A DNA stretch of 53,643 bases, the filler included, from Catajapyx aquilonaris (Eukaryota), in NCBI GenBank assembly GCA_000934665.2. It is 3 parts of 3 records of this genome, joined end to end, with 100 filler letters (N's around TTAATTAATTAA, not from the genome) between each part and the next. Parts side by side here need not be neighbours in the genome. Positions count along the whole stretch, not along the records: positions 1 to 17,833 come from KZ539607.1; positions 17,934 to 35,741 come from JYFJ02006853.1; 1 more part is not named here. The stretch is one strand, 5' to 3'. This document shows, one piece after another, positions 11,859 to 24,290 of the stretch. The notes beneath the pieces are model-generated. The model was given only the letters and a program-made list of their open reading frames with translations. It was not told the origin of the DNA and made no database searches. The position numbers and the translations under genes were made by a program. The stretch's first letter is position 1, and the number at the start of each line of letters is the position of its first letter.

Positions 11859-14640
11859 TAGAGTGCAGAAAAAGCTCTCTGGTAACGCCACTGTAATAGA
11901 CACCTATGACTGTATAGACCCGGAGCCATTTCATTGCAATGCAGGACGTGCTAAAAATACATGCACCAACAGTTTCAATGGATTGTAAAATAATAGCCCG
12001 CCCCCGTGCTCTGGATGGATGTGGTACTCACGGCTCTATCTAGGTTGACAGGTATAAATAGCAGGTTCCGATCATTTTTCTTCATCGCGAAATGTGGGGC
12101 CAAAGGTAGGAGGTTTGGCCGTCACTCTTCTTTCAACTCCAACGACACTACAAGATGGATGGTACTTTGCCAAAAAATCTATTGAGTGCCAGGAATGGAT
12201 GGCTTTGAGAGATGATTTGACTTCATATAATAATGATGGATTGGCCAGTCACAGTTAGAGAAATTGGTAGCTATACCGGGTATACCGGGGGGGAATCGTA
12301 CATGGTGGCTAGCTTATATTTTTGTGCAAATTCCACACTCTGTTTGAACCCTGCACCATACATCACCTGGTAGCCGACACTTGACTCATTCATCACTACC
12401 TATTTTTTCGGCGGATAGCACCCCGCTGCCATATCCCTCGAATTCCCCTGCGAATTTTGTGTGCCCAACTAATCACCATACCACACGATTGTATGCTGAA
12501 TCCGGAAGCAGCAGCCTCCACCATCACCCCCCTAGAGCAAATACCTTCTCTTTTCATCATTACTAATCACCTGTCACAAGTGTTACTTCCCGGGTCTCAC
12601 AGCAGGTTGTCACTAACAGTGAGCATCCGGCGTGAGATTGGGCACCTGGGTACACACGCAATATTATAAGCTAACGGAACCGCCTCTAATTGTGGCTGTG
12701 AGTGGGAGAAACCAGTTCGTGGATGTCTCTGACCACAAAAGGACCTCTACAAACTGTAGTAGGGGGGGGGGGGGGGNGATTAGAATTGCTGCTTTATTGG
12801 TGCGAATGGTGTAAGATATATGACGTACGAAGAGCAGCTCGTCTTCGCTGCGGGGGGCAATAATAGCATTCTTGGTCCAGGAAGTAGCCATGTGAGATAT
12901 TAAATGTGGAATTTAATTTTTGAAGCGGCTCCAGTTTTCACTTAGGCACTACTATCGTCTAGTTTCATTAGGATGATTAAGCCAGGTTCTTGAACCTGCC
13001 GTGAGGAATAATTTTGTCGTTTTTCACTCCCAAGCCGCGTCTTCGTCGCATGTGAAACGACTGTCGCAGCATGGCTGCTGATGATAACCCGTCAGAACTA
13101 ATGGGAATTATAGCCCATAGAACAATCGGAGGTAGATAGTTTGCTAGACTGGCTCGCATTGTTCTTTCCCCTACTTTTGGATCAGACTATAGCCATATCC
13201 TGAATAATATCTGGTAATGACGTGTTCATTTTGGGACACCCTCTAGGCATCACGATTGATACGTGCTCTAAGCGTGCAAAGACGTACTTTGATATTGTCG
13301 CGGTGTGATTGATTAGTTCCGGCTTATTGTGCTCCCTTCCAATTAGAATCACTTCACTCAAGAGCTTCCGTTTGGCGTTTCGTACAGGAAATCACGGTCG
13401 CGGAAAATTCTACCGTTACACCCGCCAACTTCTTTTGCATAACATTTGGCATGCGACGCCTCCAAACAATGCGGCTTCGGGTTGGTGGTGTCAATACGAC
13501 TGAAGATTTCAGTCGATGCGATGGAGTGACTTGGAGCATTTCATCCAGTTCGTCTGCTGTGAATGGCCCCACCACTTCATTCTTAGCCCCCAACAAAGAT
13601 AGCAGAAGTGTAATTAGCGCTCGTTCACTGGGCTTCCATTCCGGGCTATTCTTTTCTCGGGCGAGTTATCATGGAAGGGATAGTTGGATGAATGGAATGT
13701 CCCTTTCTGGGCCCGACTGTGGGCCATCAAGGGAAGATAATGCGTTGACGTAATGTCCATTGTGGATGTCGAACCGGAATAAAAGTGCTGGCAGTAATTG
13801 GCCATTGCAGCTGCGGACTGGGAGCATGAAGCATTCCGATAGTGTAAAATTATTTCGAAAACGTTATGGTCGCAATTGGCCCTCCAAGTTTGGTCCAATA
13901 AAAAAATCAAGCTGAAAAATACTTAAAATACATATGTGCTCCTGCGGTGTAGACCACTTGATGAACTAGAGGGACGCCCATGTTGCACACCTTAGGATGA
14001 ACCAGCATTGCCAGGGGGACATTCACCTTCAGATGGCTTCGGATTGATCTAGAAGGCGGGGTTACATTCTGATCAGATCCTACAATAACATCCTGAGCAT
14101 GTATTTTTTTTAAAAGAGCCAATATTGAACCGGAAAGATGTCGTAAAATAATTCATAATTCTGTAATAAAGTGCAAGCGTGTGTACAAGCCGTGGTCGGT
14201 AAAATGTTGGTAATGAAAGGGGAGAGTGAGAAACATGCGTGGATAATTTGAGAGCAGTCATTGTGTGATTTATGAGACGGCAAGGGGGAGACCGCGGGTT
14301 CCGCATAAACTTACGACATATGGGGAGGTAACTACCAGCATAAATTGCATGGTAGGGGGCATACACTGTAGCACACTCGAACAACATTGTGTTCAAGAGG
14401 AAATAAAATTGGCGGTCATAAAAAAAATATAAGACCGTCAAGTTTCATCTGGTGGCGAAGAAAGGAAACTGACATCTGCTAGCGGGTGTTGACCTCCATC
14501 CACTTGAATAGACTAATAGAAATGTTTGCGCCGACCTGGACCGTTATAATTTTTACGTAATGTGCTCGTAAAAGGAAAGTGAGAGTCATTTGCAGGTGTT
14601 GGAGGGTGTTGGAGGACCACTCATGAATTTGGGTTCAAGG

Positions 14641-14718
14641 GCACATTTTTTCTGCTCCACACTATGAATAAAATTGCACATTTTTCAGCTCCACACTATG
14701 AATAAAATTGCACATTTT
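14641..14718. repeat. Tandem duplication, ~34 bp unit, ~2.3 copies
   Basis: GCACATTTTT..GCTCCACACTATGAATAAAATT repeated. Confidence 0.9.
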
Positions 14719-17700
14719 ACGCTTATAGACTCGGTAAATATTCTATTCAAGTTTACATCTCAGCATGAGGAAGATGAGCTTCTTCCTGGATGCTTTTTAC
14801 ATGGCCAGCATGGTCTTTTGACAGGGATGCACTGCATGTTTGATGCTATCTGAACCAAGGGCAATGGGTAGCATGTGGCCTCAATTTCTTTTTCTTGAAT
14901 TATAATTTGATTCTCTGTGCGGAACCGAATAATCATGTTGTCAGATCGAGTTATGAGCCCCCCTTGAACATATAGCAGACAAATTGTCCTTGGCGAAATG
15001 CGCCCACTTTCTCTCTGCACCAGATTTTCAAGATTTCTTCCCTAGTCCCACAGAAGTAATCATGGAAAACTACTCTGGGGCTAGGACTCTTGTTTACGGA
15101 GCTACTCGTGCATTTGCTTTTCCAATTGGGGTGGGGCTGGTGAAAGCGGAGGACTGTTTTTTTTTTGCTTAGGATCAACTTCAATCAGAAGGGAACAGAA
15201 GGTGAAAATCCACAGTTGTCGTTGAGGAATGTCAGCGATACCTTTTATCACCCGGATTAATTGGAATTGGTAACCTAAGGACAACTTCCTGGTGCGAAGG
15301 TGTTCAAGGATCACCCCTTTTTTGTTAGGGGGGTTCAAAAATAATCTTATTGAAAGTGTGCGGATGATTTTGCGAGTTTTTGCAAGCGCCCACATACCTT
15401 TCTTTAGCCTTGTGAGTATGAAGAATAAGAGGTGTTTTTTTGGAGTGTCCGACAGGTCAAGTACGGTCATACCAAATCGCATGTAGTGGGTGATATACTG
15501 TGCTGATAAGCCGATATAGAGCTTGTATTTTTGCACCAAACCTACCAATTTTCGTTTTTCCTGGTTTGTATTTCCCGTTTCTCACGTATTGGACATTTGA
15601 GGGTTAAACATGTACTTTCCTTTTCTTAAATTCAGGAGCGTAGTTTTATAATTACAGAAAAGGGGTGCCCGGTGTGGCAAGGTTATGACGTGCCATCTGC
15701 GAATGAGAAAGTTGAGAGATGCGATGTGCAGAAGTCAACGGGACATACATTCGTACATGTTCATGATGACAGTAATAATTTTACACGTGTGGGAAGCGAA
15801 AGTGTTTCTGAAACAGAGAAGTAGGACTACTGCTTATGTTTTTGAGGTGATTTGTTGCTCATGAGATCAGGTTCAAGCATGTACCGCCGATGCGAATTTG
15901 TTACATCGTTGGTAAATAACTGCTGGGTATAAAATGATTCATATGGCAGCATATTTTACAGTAAGCGAGTATGCAATTTTTGTACCTGCCATTCCAGAGA
16001 GTAATAAAAGCCTACATTTTATTACTATATAGAGAACACCGTACAAGGTCACATCTGTAGCTGCACTACAGTAGCATGCTTTTATTGCTCATCGTATCAA
16101 TATTATGCACAGTCTTTCCCAAGTTCACCTTAAAACAGCAATACTGCTCCAGAAATTCATGAAAATGCGGGGGGGAAAAATCGCTTCCAATATTTCAGAG
16201 GTGCAAAATTAGTTTCCCCGAGTTTGACATGCCAAACTCTAGCCGGATTTTTTTTTTTTAAGTACTGTAACCAAAATCGGTATGCATCCCTGAATTTCAT
16301 CTGTAACGAACTAAAAACGTACCGTGCACCACACGACATCGAACTTGACATCCAGTAACGAAGCTGAAATTGGGAGGAAAAAAATAATTTCTTTTCTGGA
16401 ACTCCCTGCAATTATGGCCGCAAATGATTTTCTTAAAAAAATGATCTTCCTCTAGAGTCCTCCCCAATAACTTGTTCAAGACTTGGAGGTCGTCCTGTAT
16501 CGATCTCTCTTTTCCTAAGGCGCCTTCAGGAGAGGACCACCCGACCAGAATGTGAAGAAAAACGTGTTTGTTTGTTAGTTGTTTGCTCCATATATTACAA
16601 GTCCTCCAAATGCAAGATATACGTATGCGGAATCACGGCCCGTGGTCATAATTATTGCATTTCATTAGTACCGCCTGAGGATGAACTTTATGAACATGCA
16701 ACTTCGAAGGATTTGTATTGATGTTTCCTTCAAGACGTTTGCTGAAGGACGGGCCAGTTTTACGAATAAGGAAGGTCAAACCATACCGAGTTGAACTCCG
16801 TTTCCTGATATTAGAGGTCGTCCAAGTCGATGAGGGTAAAAGAAGCAGATGGAAATGGAAACTGGATGTTAAATATTAATGAAGCAGAAACTACGTGCAT
16901 TTTCTTTAAGAGGAAACTGACGGGAAGGAAATTGGGGGTTATTTCGGGGAATTTTTTATTTTTATGGAGCGTATACTCTATGGTTCATTTGCATGCTTAG
17001 AGGAAAATGGGGTTGAAGGAAAAGTGCATGCAACAGGGTTCAGAGGGTAGATTCACGCGGAAAGGTTAATTTGTTGGGGACAATATGGTGACGCTAAGTT
17101 TGTTTGGAGGTCTTGATTTTCCCACGAGCTGACTTGCATGTTTTTATTGAGGAAACTGTGGTAGTAAATGCACTGTGAATGTGAAAAGTCAACTCGGAAA
17201 TTGACGATTTTTTTTTTTTTTGTGAATTTTTCTACGCGTGTGTACAGTATACGGTATCATGATACTGAAGATGAACCAAAAATCGTGCCATCCCAGGATG
17301 CATGCCCAGAGACCATACACTCCCATAAATTATCGGCATGTGACACGAACATGTGACATTGTATGTAGTGTTCTGCTTCATGACCGGACAACTAGGATGT
17401 GCAGTCGGGAGATAATTTTGGGGAAACTTTTGTTTACCATCGCGTAACGTCACCAAACCGTCGAGTACTGGCCCACCTCCCAATAACTTTCTATCCAAGA
17501 GAAAATTGAGAATGGGCCTCAAAAAAATCGATGTGCCTAATTGGAGGTTAGGGAAGTTTGATAAGCGCGCTTTCACCCGTGATTAAACTTTCCCTCTACA
17601 TCTGCGGACTTGTGAAACAGAGGGCTTCGCTGATGTAATAGGAAAAAAATAATTGAATACCCGACTCATCATATCAAATGCCAGAAATGGGCACCTACCT

Positions 17701-17833
17701 GTAGAGTTGTTCTGGATGTAAAGCGCATGCGTTGTACAGTGGCGCCGCTGGTAGGAGGCCGCTAAATCGTCGCGATACAAGCAGGTGGGTTCCAGTTTGA
17801 AGCGGGAAGTCTACCCAGGTGCATATGTGTGCT

Positions 17834-17933
17834 NNNNNNNNNNNNNNNNNNNNNNNNNNNNNNNNNNNNNNNNNNNNTTAATTAATTAANNNNNNNNNNN
17901 NNNNNNNNNNNNNNNNNNNNNNNNNNNNNNNNN
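17834..17933. other. Artificial scaffold linker (N44-TTAATTAATTAA-N44)
   Basis: Exactly 100 nt; the central 12-mer has stops in all frames; identical to 35742-35841. Confidence 0.95.
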
Positions 17934-20900
17934 AATGGCGGGTATATTCCGTTATCATCTCGATGTGCACCGCATGCCACATGTGTTGTACCCATTGCCA
18001 TCAGTCTAGTTACACTCACTTGTAAGTGACGCTTGGCAGACTCATCACGTAGATGGAAAGGAGTCAGGATACACCTTTGTGGCAGCTACTAGACGCAGGA
18101 TGGCAGGGATATTCCGGTGGCGTCGGTAAGCCACGCGTCACCCGGGCGCCATGTTTGAACCCAGGCGTCTTAGGGGTGAGTTTGGACCCAGGCTAGGGGC
18201 AATTTGTCCCCGGCTCTAGTTCAGTGGTCCCTAACCTCCGCCTGCGGTGCGGGTGCGGGTTCGGCGGGTTACGCCCCTCACGATCCCGGCCACCACCTGT
18301 TTTGCCGCCTGTTATTCATCTCCCATTGGTTGCCTCCAAGAAGCAGCCTGACACCCACTTTGCCTTGGACTGTTTTTGTCCTCCGGACACGCCTTCCATT
18401 CAAATGTTGCCTACATGCTCATTATTCCACCGTCGCCCCATTGTGTACTGGGGCCTGCTCTTTACATGGGCAAGACCTGGGCCCCAAATTTTTGCTCGGT
18501 CGAGAAAACTCGGCGGATTCTCATCAGCCTCCCAAATCAGGGTATCGAAAAGGGCGAGAGGGACCACCCCATTAAGAAAATAAAAAACGTATATACATAG
18601 TTGCTTCAAGGTTAGATCTACAAAACCCCTGCTACCTGTCCCGAAAACGGCGTTATAAATAGGCCCACTTTCGGAGCAGGTAAATCCATCACGTTTTATT
18701 GACGCGTGCGGGAGTGGGTTACTTGTCCTAGCACCAGATTATTGGGGGCCACTCCCTCCTTTGTTAAATACACCAGGCAAAACAAAGTACATATCCACCG
18801 ATAATAATAAAAAAAGAGTGAAGTTATCAACTTGCTAGACATGGGATTAGAACATATTCTGTGCTCTCCAAACAAAAAAAATTGTCTGTTGGCGAATTAT
18901 CTCCAGACGGTATACGAGTGGACAATCTTGACAGGCCAGCGAAAAGTTGGTCCGAGTCTGGCGACAATATCTGGAACCGGTCGGTCCTCTTCAGGATTTT
19001 CACAAGGCTTCAATAGGAAACGCGGCTGAAACAGGCGTCGCCCTATCATCCATTGGCTCTGGTCAATGGGAGAGATGGAAAAGAAGGTTCGTTGGAAGTT
19101 CCCCATCCATGTGTGGGTCCCATCCTCTCTTTTTGGTGAAGGGGGGGGGGGGGNGGGGGCACGCACACACACATAACACACACAGCACCTATGCAAGCAA
19201 GCAGTTTTGAAGCGTCCCGTTGGGACAAGAGCACTTCAGGCGCCCGACCGGTTGAAGGTGAGGGATCACTATATAGAAAGGTGTAAAAGCCTCCCTAAAA
19301 ACTCCAAATGGTTCCACTCTTTTCCTCTAAGGCATTTTCGCCCTTCCGACCTTCAGAGAAAAAAGGGGTGCTGCTTTTCTTTATACCCGGAGACTAGCTC
19401 TTCACCCTTGCCCAAGCAGCCTCCTAAAGGGATGCATCCAGCACCGAATGTCCTCTTATGCTATTTCATCTTCTCCTTTTTATACACCCGATTCAACAAT
19501 GAGGCCCATTACGCGCTTGTATAAAGGCAGGACACTTATATATGAAGCACGGGTTCCTGATTTTCGAGGGGATGGTCCAGTACGAAAATTCGCATGGGTT
19601 GTGCCCAGGTGTCCCAGGTACAAAAGATGTGACTTATTCCAGAGAAACAACTATCTCTGTTGATTCCAGTGTTGCATCAGGGAGTTGAAATATGAAAGAC
19701 TGACCAATGTTTGCAGCAAATATTATTCTGATTTTTTAAGTGAAGAATTGTCGAGTCTTTGCATCTTTAGATCCATTGTGCCAATAGGCGTCTGGAGAAT
19801 TTCACGAACTAAAAAAAATCACGGAAGGGTCGCCACCTTAGCCGACCCCATCTTAGACGGTCCAATCTGTTTTAACAGGATAATATCCGCCGAGGAGTTA
19901 CGAGGTCTTTGATGGATAACAGCTGCCAGCTGGGAAGGGAATATCGCGCTGCTGCAAAAGCGTCGGAAACGCTGTCACTCTTTGGCGAAGAGAAAAAAAA
20001 CGTAAAGAAGTTTACCACTTTGCAGCGATTTGATGCGCAGGCCTCTTGCACGTGTGGTAAAACTGAAGAAATGAAAATCCTGACCGAAACTAATATTCCT
20101 GCACCAGTTGCAGCCAGTAAATGAACTTGAAGGGGTTCTCTCTCTTTTTCCTTCGCCGAAAAGTTCACTGCCATCTCATTCGACCTCTTCGTTTCATGGA
20201 CTTCTTTAACGGCGCATAAAAGACGGAGCAAATTACACCCTGTCGCCATCATCCTCGCCATGACAGTTGCGGGCATGAGAAGAGCTGATTTGTTGACGCC
20301 CGAGAAGTGCAGAACATATCACCTCCAGACCCATACCATGGGAAAAGAACAGGGTCCCGATTTTATCTGCCCGTTTTTGGAAGGAAACCCAACGGAGCCG
20401 AAACCGCGAAAGAAGAAAAAAAAGAATAATTCATGCCATAATAACATTAATAAGTGCAAAACGGGTTACCGGAAACCGCCCGCGATATCGCCAATGGCGC
20501 CAAATATCTCTCCGATCGTGGAAAACTCCATCAAAAACTCCGCAATTCTTTCTAAGATACACGGTGGGAAATGGCCAAATCGTGATGGGAAAAAACTTCC
20601 AGCTAATCTCGCTTTTGTGCTTTCTTTCAACTAGATATTCGCTAATTATAACAAAACTCTGGTTTGAACAATTTTTTTCCATGAGATAATTTTTTTTTTG
20701 TAACTTAAGAATTTTTTCGAGTTCGATGACTTTTCTCCTCTCTTTTGTAAAGATGCCGTGACCATTTCGCTCAACTTGCTAATTAGTTATGCCTCCTTCC
20801 TGGAAACACCCAGCCCCCACGGAACACCAGAAGCATTAATTGACACGTGTCTCAGATTTTTCTAACTACATTTTTCGCACACCCCCTGTAATTGGCGAAG

Positions 20901-22001
20901 GCTCCGAGAAAAATCTCACATTTCTAATCCGTTACTTTGTATAACCCTACACTCTTATGCGCATCTTTTAATTCCTTGCCAAATTAATGGCCAATTATTT
21001 CATCCCGGACTCCCCGTAGCTTCTCTTATGGAACACTCTGTATGCCACCTGTAACCACGGTTAATTTGTACAACCTATAAAATTGCAGGCACCTCTTTTA
21101 CTAGTTGATGGAGCGCCCAGTTCATCTTGGGTTCCTAATAGTTTTCAGACTTCCCGCAGCGAGAGGTCCCCAAAAAACTTTTTATTTTTTTTGCACAACA
21201 CTTGGAGCATGTTATTTTTAATCCCGGTTTCTAGCTCTAATTACTGGATTTAAGACCACTCCTTTTTCTGGACTCGGAAACCCTTGTCCTGTGGGGGGGC
21301 AAAAACTCCAGGGGGAGTTTGTCACGCGTGAAAAAGGCTCCATTTACTCCTGTCCCGTCCACTAGGACACCTTGGAAGGGTGGCCGGATTGTGTGAATTA
21401 TCCCAACCGCTCCCAGCCTCCTCAGTGTCCCTCTTCATAACCAACACGCCGGATCGTGGCCTTTTCTGTGGCCACCCAATCATTTCGCGCCTGCCATGAA
21501 AAACCGTATGGTAATCTCTGCCTTTCCTTCCCCCCCTCCCCAATCTTTTAGTATACGGACCTCACCTAGTTACTTTTTTTATATACACATATTTCCCCTG
21601 GAGGTTCTTGCAGAAAACTGGCCTCATAGGAGGGGGTTCCTAAACGGAACGTCCGATTTGCATCGCCGAATTTTTAATCCCGCTTTGTGCTGGTCTGTCG
21701 CTTGGAAATGTTGTCTATTCACGCACTTAGTTCAAAGGGAAGACGCCGTTGTCACTGTCGCCTCTGTGTGTTGTATGGGGGGGACACTGCTATACAACGG
21801 ATCTGAAGAGCTTCTTCTGGCCGTAAAATGAGACATTGTTGGATTTAGAATGTAATGGCAGACGCCGAGGATGCAAAGTTTTGTAATCTTTGTGCGATCA
21901 CTTGACAGTCACCCCTGGGTCTTATATTGGGATTACATCCTGCGCAATTGATGTCCAAGTGGCCACGAGATTACATTCAGTTCAATGTGAAAAGTTGGCT
22001 A

Positions 22002-22190
22002 TACATTGACAATGAGTTTCTTACTGTAAAAAAACTGTTCATTATTATTGTAAATGTGTATAGCCTATACGTACAATAATTGTAGGCTACATGAATTGCT
22101 GTAGTAACTTATACACATTAATTTTACAATAATATATTGTTAGTTTTCTTACAGTAAGAAACTCACTGTAAAATATTGTCAATGTGTAAA
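22002..22190. repeat. AT-rich imperfect inverted repeat (probable MITE remnant)
   Basis: ACATTGACAATGAGTTTCTTACTGTAA versus TTACAGTAAGAAACTCA...ATTGTCAATGT. Confidence 0.55.
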
Positions 22191-23399
22191 ATATTGTGTA
22201 AAATTATTGTCAATGTGTAAATTCATGTACTTGTACCACGTACAACCGGAAATTTGCAGAATTATTCTGCGAGTTTCAGGTTGTGCAAGAACATGATTTT
22301 TACACATACGTAGTGCACATACTGCTTTAAAAAAAGTTTGTCGTAACACTGTTGCATAGGACCAACTTTTTGACTGCGGCCCGTATTGTGCCTGTACCGG
22401 CATCACTTTGAGTCCAACGTGTGCATGGCAGAGTTCACTGTGCCTTCTTATTCAATACGCTCAATTGAATTCTGTATGTGACACGATGCCTTTGATCATC
22501 GTTACGGTGCGCGCTGTGTAGTACATGTGTGAAGCCATGCCAGGGCGACAACTATAATGCACAATAACAAGGAGCGTACTCACCATCATAAGAGACTCAA
22601 AGGCATGTATTCAGCACGCCCATCCTTGCCAGGTAGTCTGCGGATGCAAATGAAACAAAGCGCATGTAAATTCAGTTTGTGAGCAGACAGACTCTTCCAC
22701 ACCTGTATAATCAAACTAGCCCCTACATGACTAAGCGCAATGCATTGTAACTATCGATTTGCCCAACGATTCATCAGGAATTTCCTCCCTATATATGCAG
22801 CAGCTAATGTTAATGGCCCTTTTGTTTTCACGCTTTCGTGTCTGCCTTTCATTTGCAACGCCACCCTTTGCACCCTATTCCCACGGAATGGAAATATATA
22901 AAAAAAAAATTACTAGTGCTTTTCCTCCCTTTTTCTCTTTGGCATCGTTATAAATATTTCACTCGAAAAATATCCAACATCGGGTGCTTTGAAGCAAAAA
23001 TAAGCGGAGGCAGAAAAGGCACTTTGCTGATTCCGTGCAGCGGTGCTACGTGATTGAATGTAATATTTATAACCGCGAAGGAATCACGTATATGCAAGGG
23101 GTGATTCACACCGAAGGGGACATTGAAGAGAGAGAGAGAAAAAAATAGAAACAAAGCCTCCAATTTCAAACATTGAGGCTAATGAAGGTAAGGGTATGAA
23201 CCGTTATGATTACAGGACGGCATCGGTGTGCGCTACTTGTTTTCGTAATGTTCGCTAAGAAGAAGCTCACGAACTAGTTTTTACCTTGCCAATTTTTTTT
23301 GCACAAACTGGACCTGCATACTGTAAAAAAAAGACAAGGCTCCAAGTTTCCAGCAGTGGCCAAAACCGCGACCTCAACTTCCGAGGCTCCCGTACCAAA

Positions 23400-24290
23400 A
23401 GAGCAATTAGAAACTTTGGCTAACAAATTCCCCGGGCGCTTGCAAGCGATAATAACTGTCAATGGGTTATTATTTAAGACGGGCTATATACTTGATCTGC
23501 AATGTAAATGAAAAAGATGCGGCTTGGAATTTCACAGCTGCACAGTTTTACTGCTTGTTCCGCCAAAGTTCTGTCTTCCTCTAACTGCCGGTCCGGACCT
23601 CCGAAGAACAATAGGCTAAAAGAATAGGTTCTAACCCCACGGCCAGGACTGGACCACTATGCCCGAAACTATTCAACTATGCCGCTCCTAAAAAAGAGTG
23701 ATTCACCGGGAAAAAAACTATCGATTCCTGGAGCAAGCCGGCGGGTTTTACTACCCTCGCGTGTCATTTTATGACTAAAACCATGAAAATGCAGACGCCT
23801 TAATCACAACTTCAGGAAATTTTCCTTAGTAAGCATACTGGTAGATGAGTCTTTTCCAGAGAGGAAAAAAAATCTGCATAGAGGCCATCGATCTAGGGTT
23901 GTAACGTCGAATGGCGGCGCAGGTTAATAAATAACGGACAAATTAATCGGCGATTGCCAATTAGCCACACGTTTGGCGAATGGGACGCTGTAAACGGGCG
24001 CATCATTCCAAGGGATACGATTCTCGGCTCAGATAATTTCAAGTGGCGGATAATTTAATGAGGTGTCACGAATGAAACAAGGCGTAGACCTGGAAGGAAA
24101 CTTGGGTTGAATGAGGGCCGAAACGAACGCAAAGAATGAAACAAGGTAAACAGGTTGTAAATCTCTGTGGTGCCCGGACTCCAAGAGATAGCTAGAAAAG
24201 AGGACGGAATATCTGCCAGGACTCCTCTTACCAAGCAAGTGTCTATCACCTGGCTTCAAGTCACAAACACACCAATAAAACAAACCAGTT
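23400..24290 (+). pseudogene. hAT (Ac/ZBED-type) transposase remnant
   Basis: Ordered degenerate motifs across stops and frameshifts: TIDSWS...TLACHF...HTG (23717-23842, cf. TTDxWT...TAHF...HTG), VVTSN (23898, cf. VVTDN), IRFSAQII (cf. CFAHxL), LTKQVSITW (cf. QDVxTRW). Confidence 0.65.

Noticed and set aside
16380..16560. DEDD-exonuclease/PolB-like IICGHNCREF on the minus strand, hinting at a Polinton or virus
   Set aside because: Catalytic Asp absent; I found no PolB, integrase, packaging ATPase or capsid motif, nor Polinton-type termini.
17878..17889. TTAATTAATTAA palindrome as a biological site (e.g. piggyBac target)
   Set aside because: Centred in a fixed-length N spacer and repeated at 35786, so an assembly linker.
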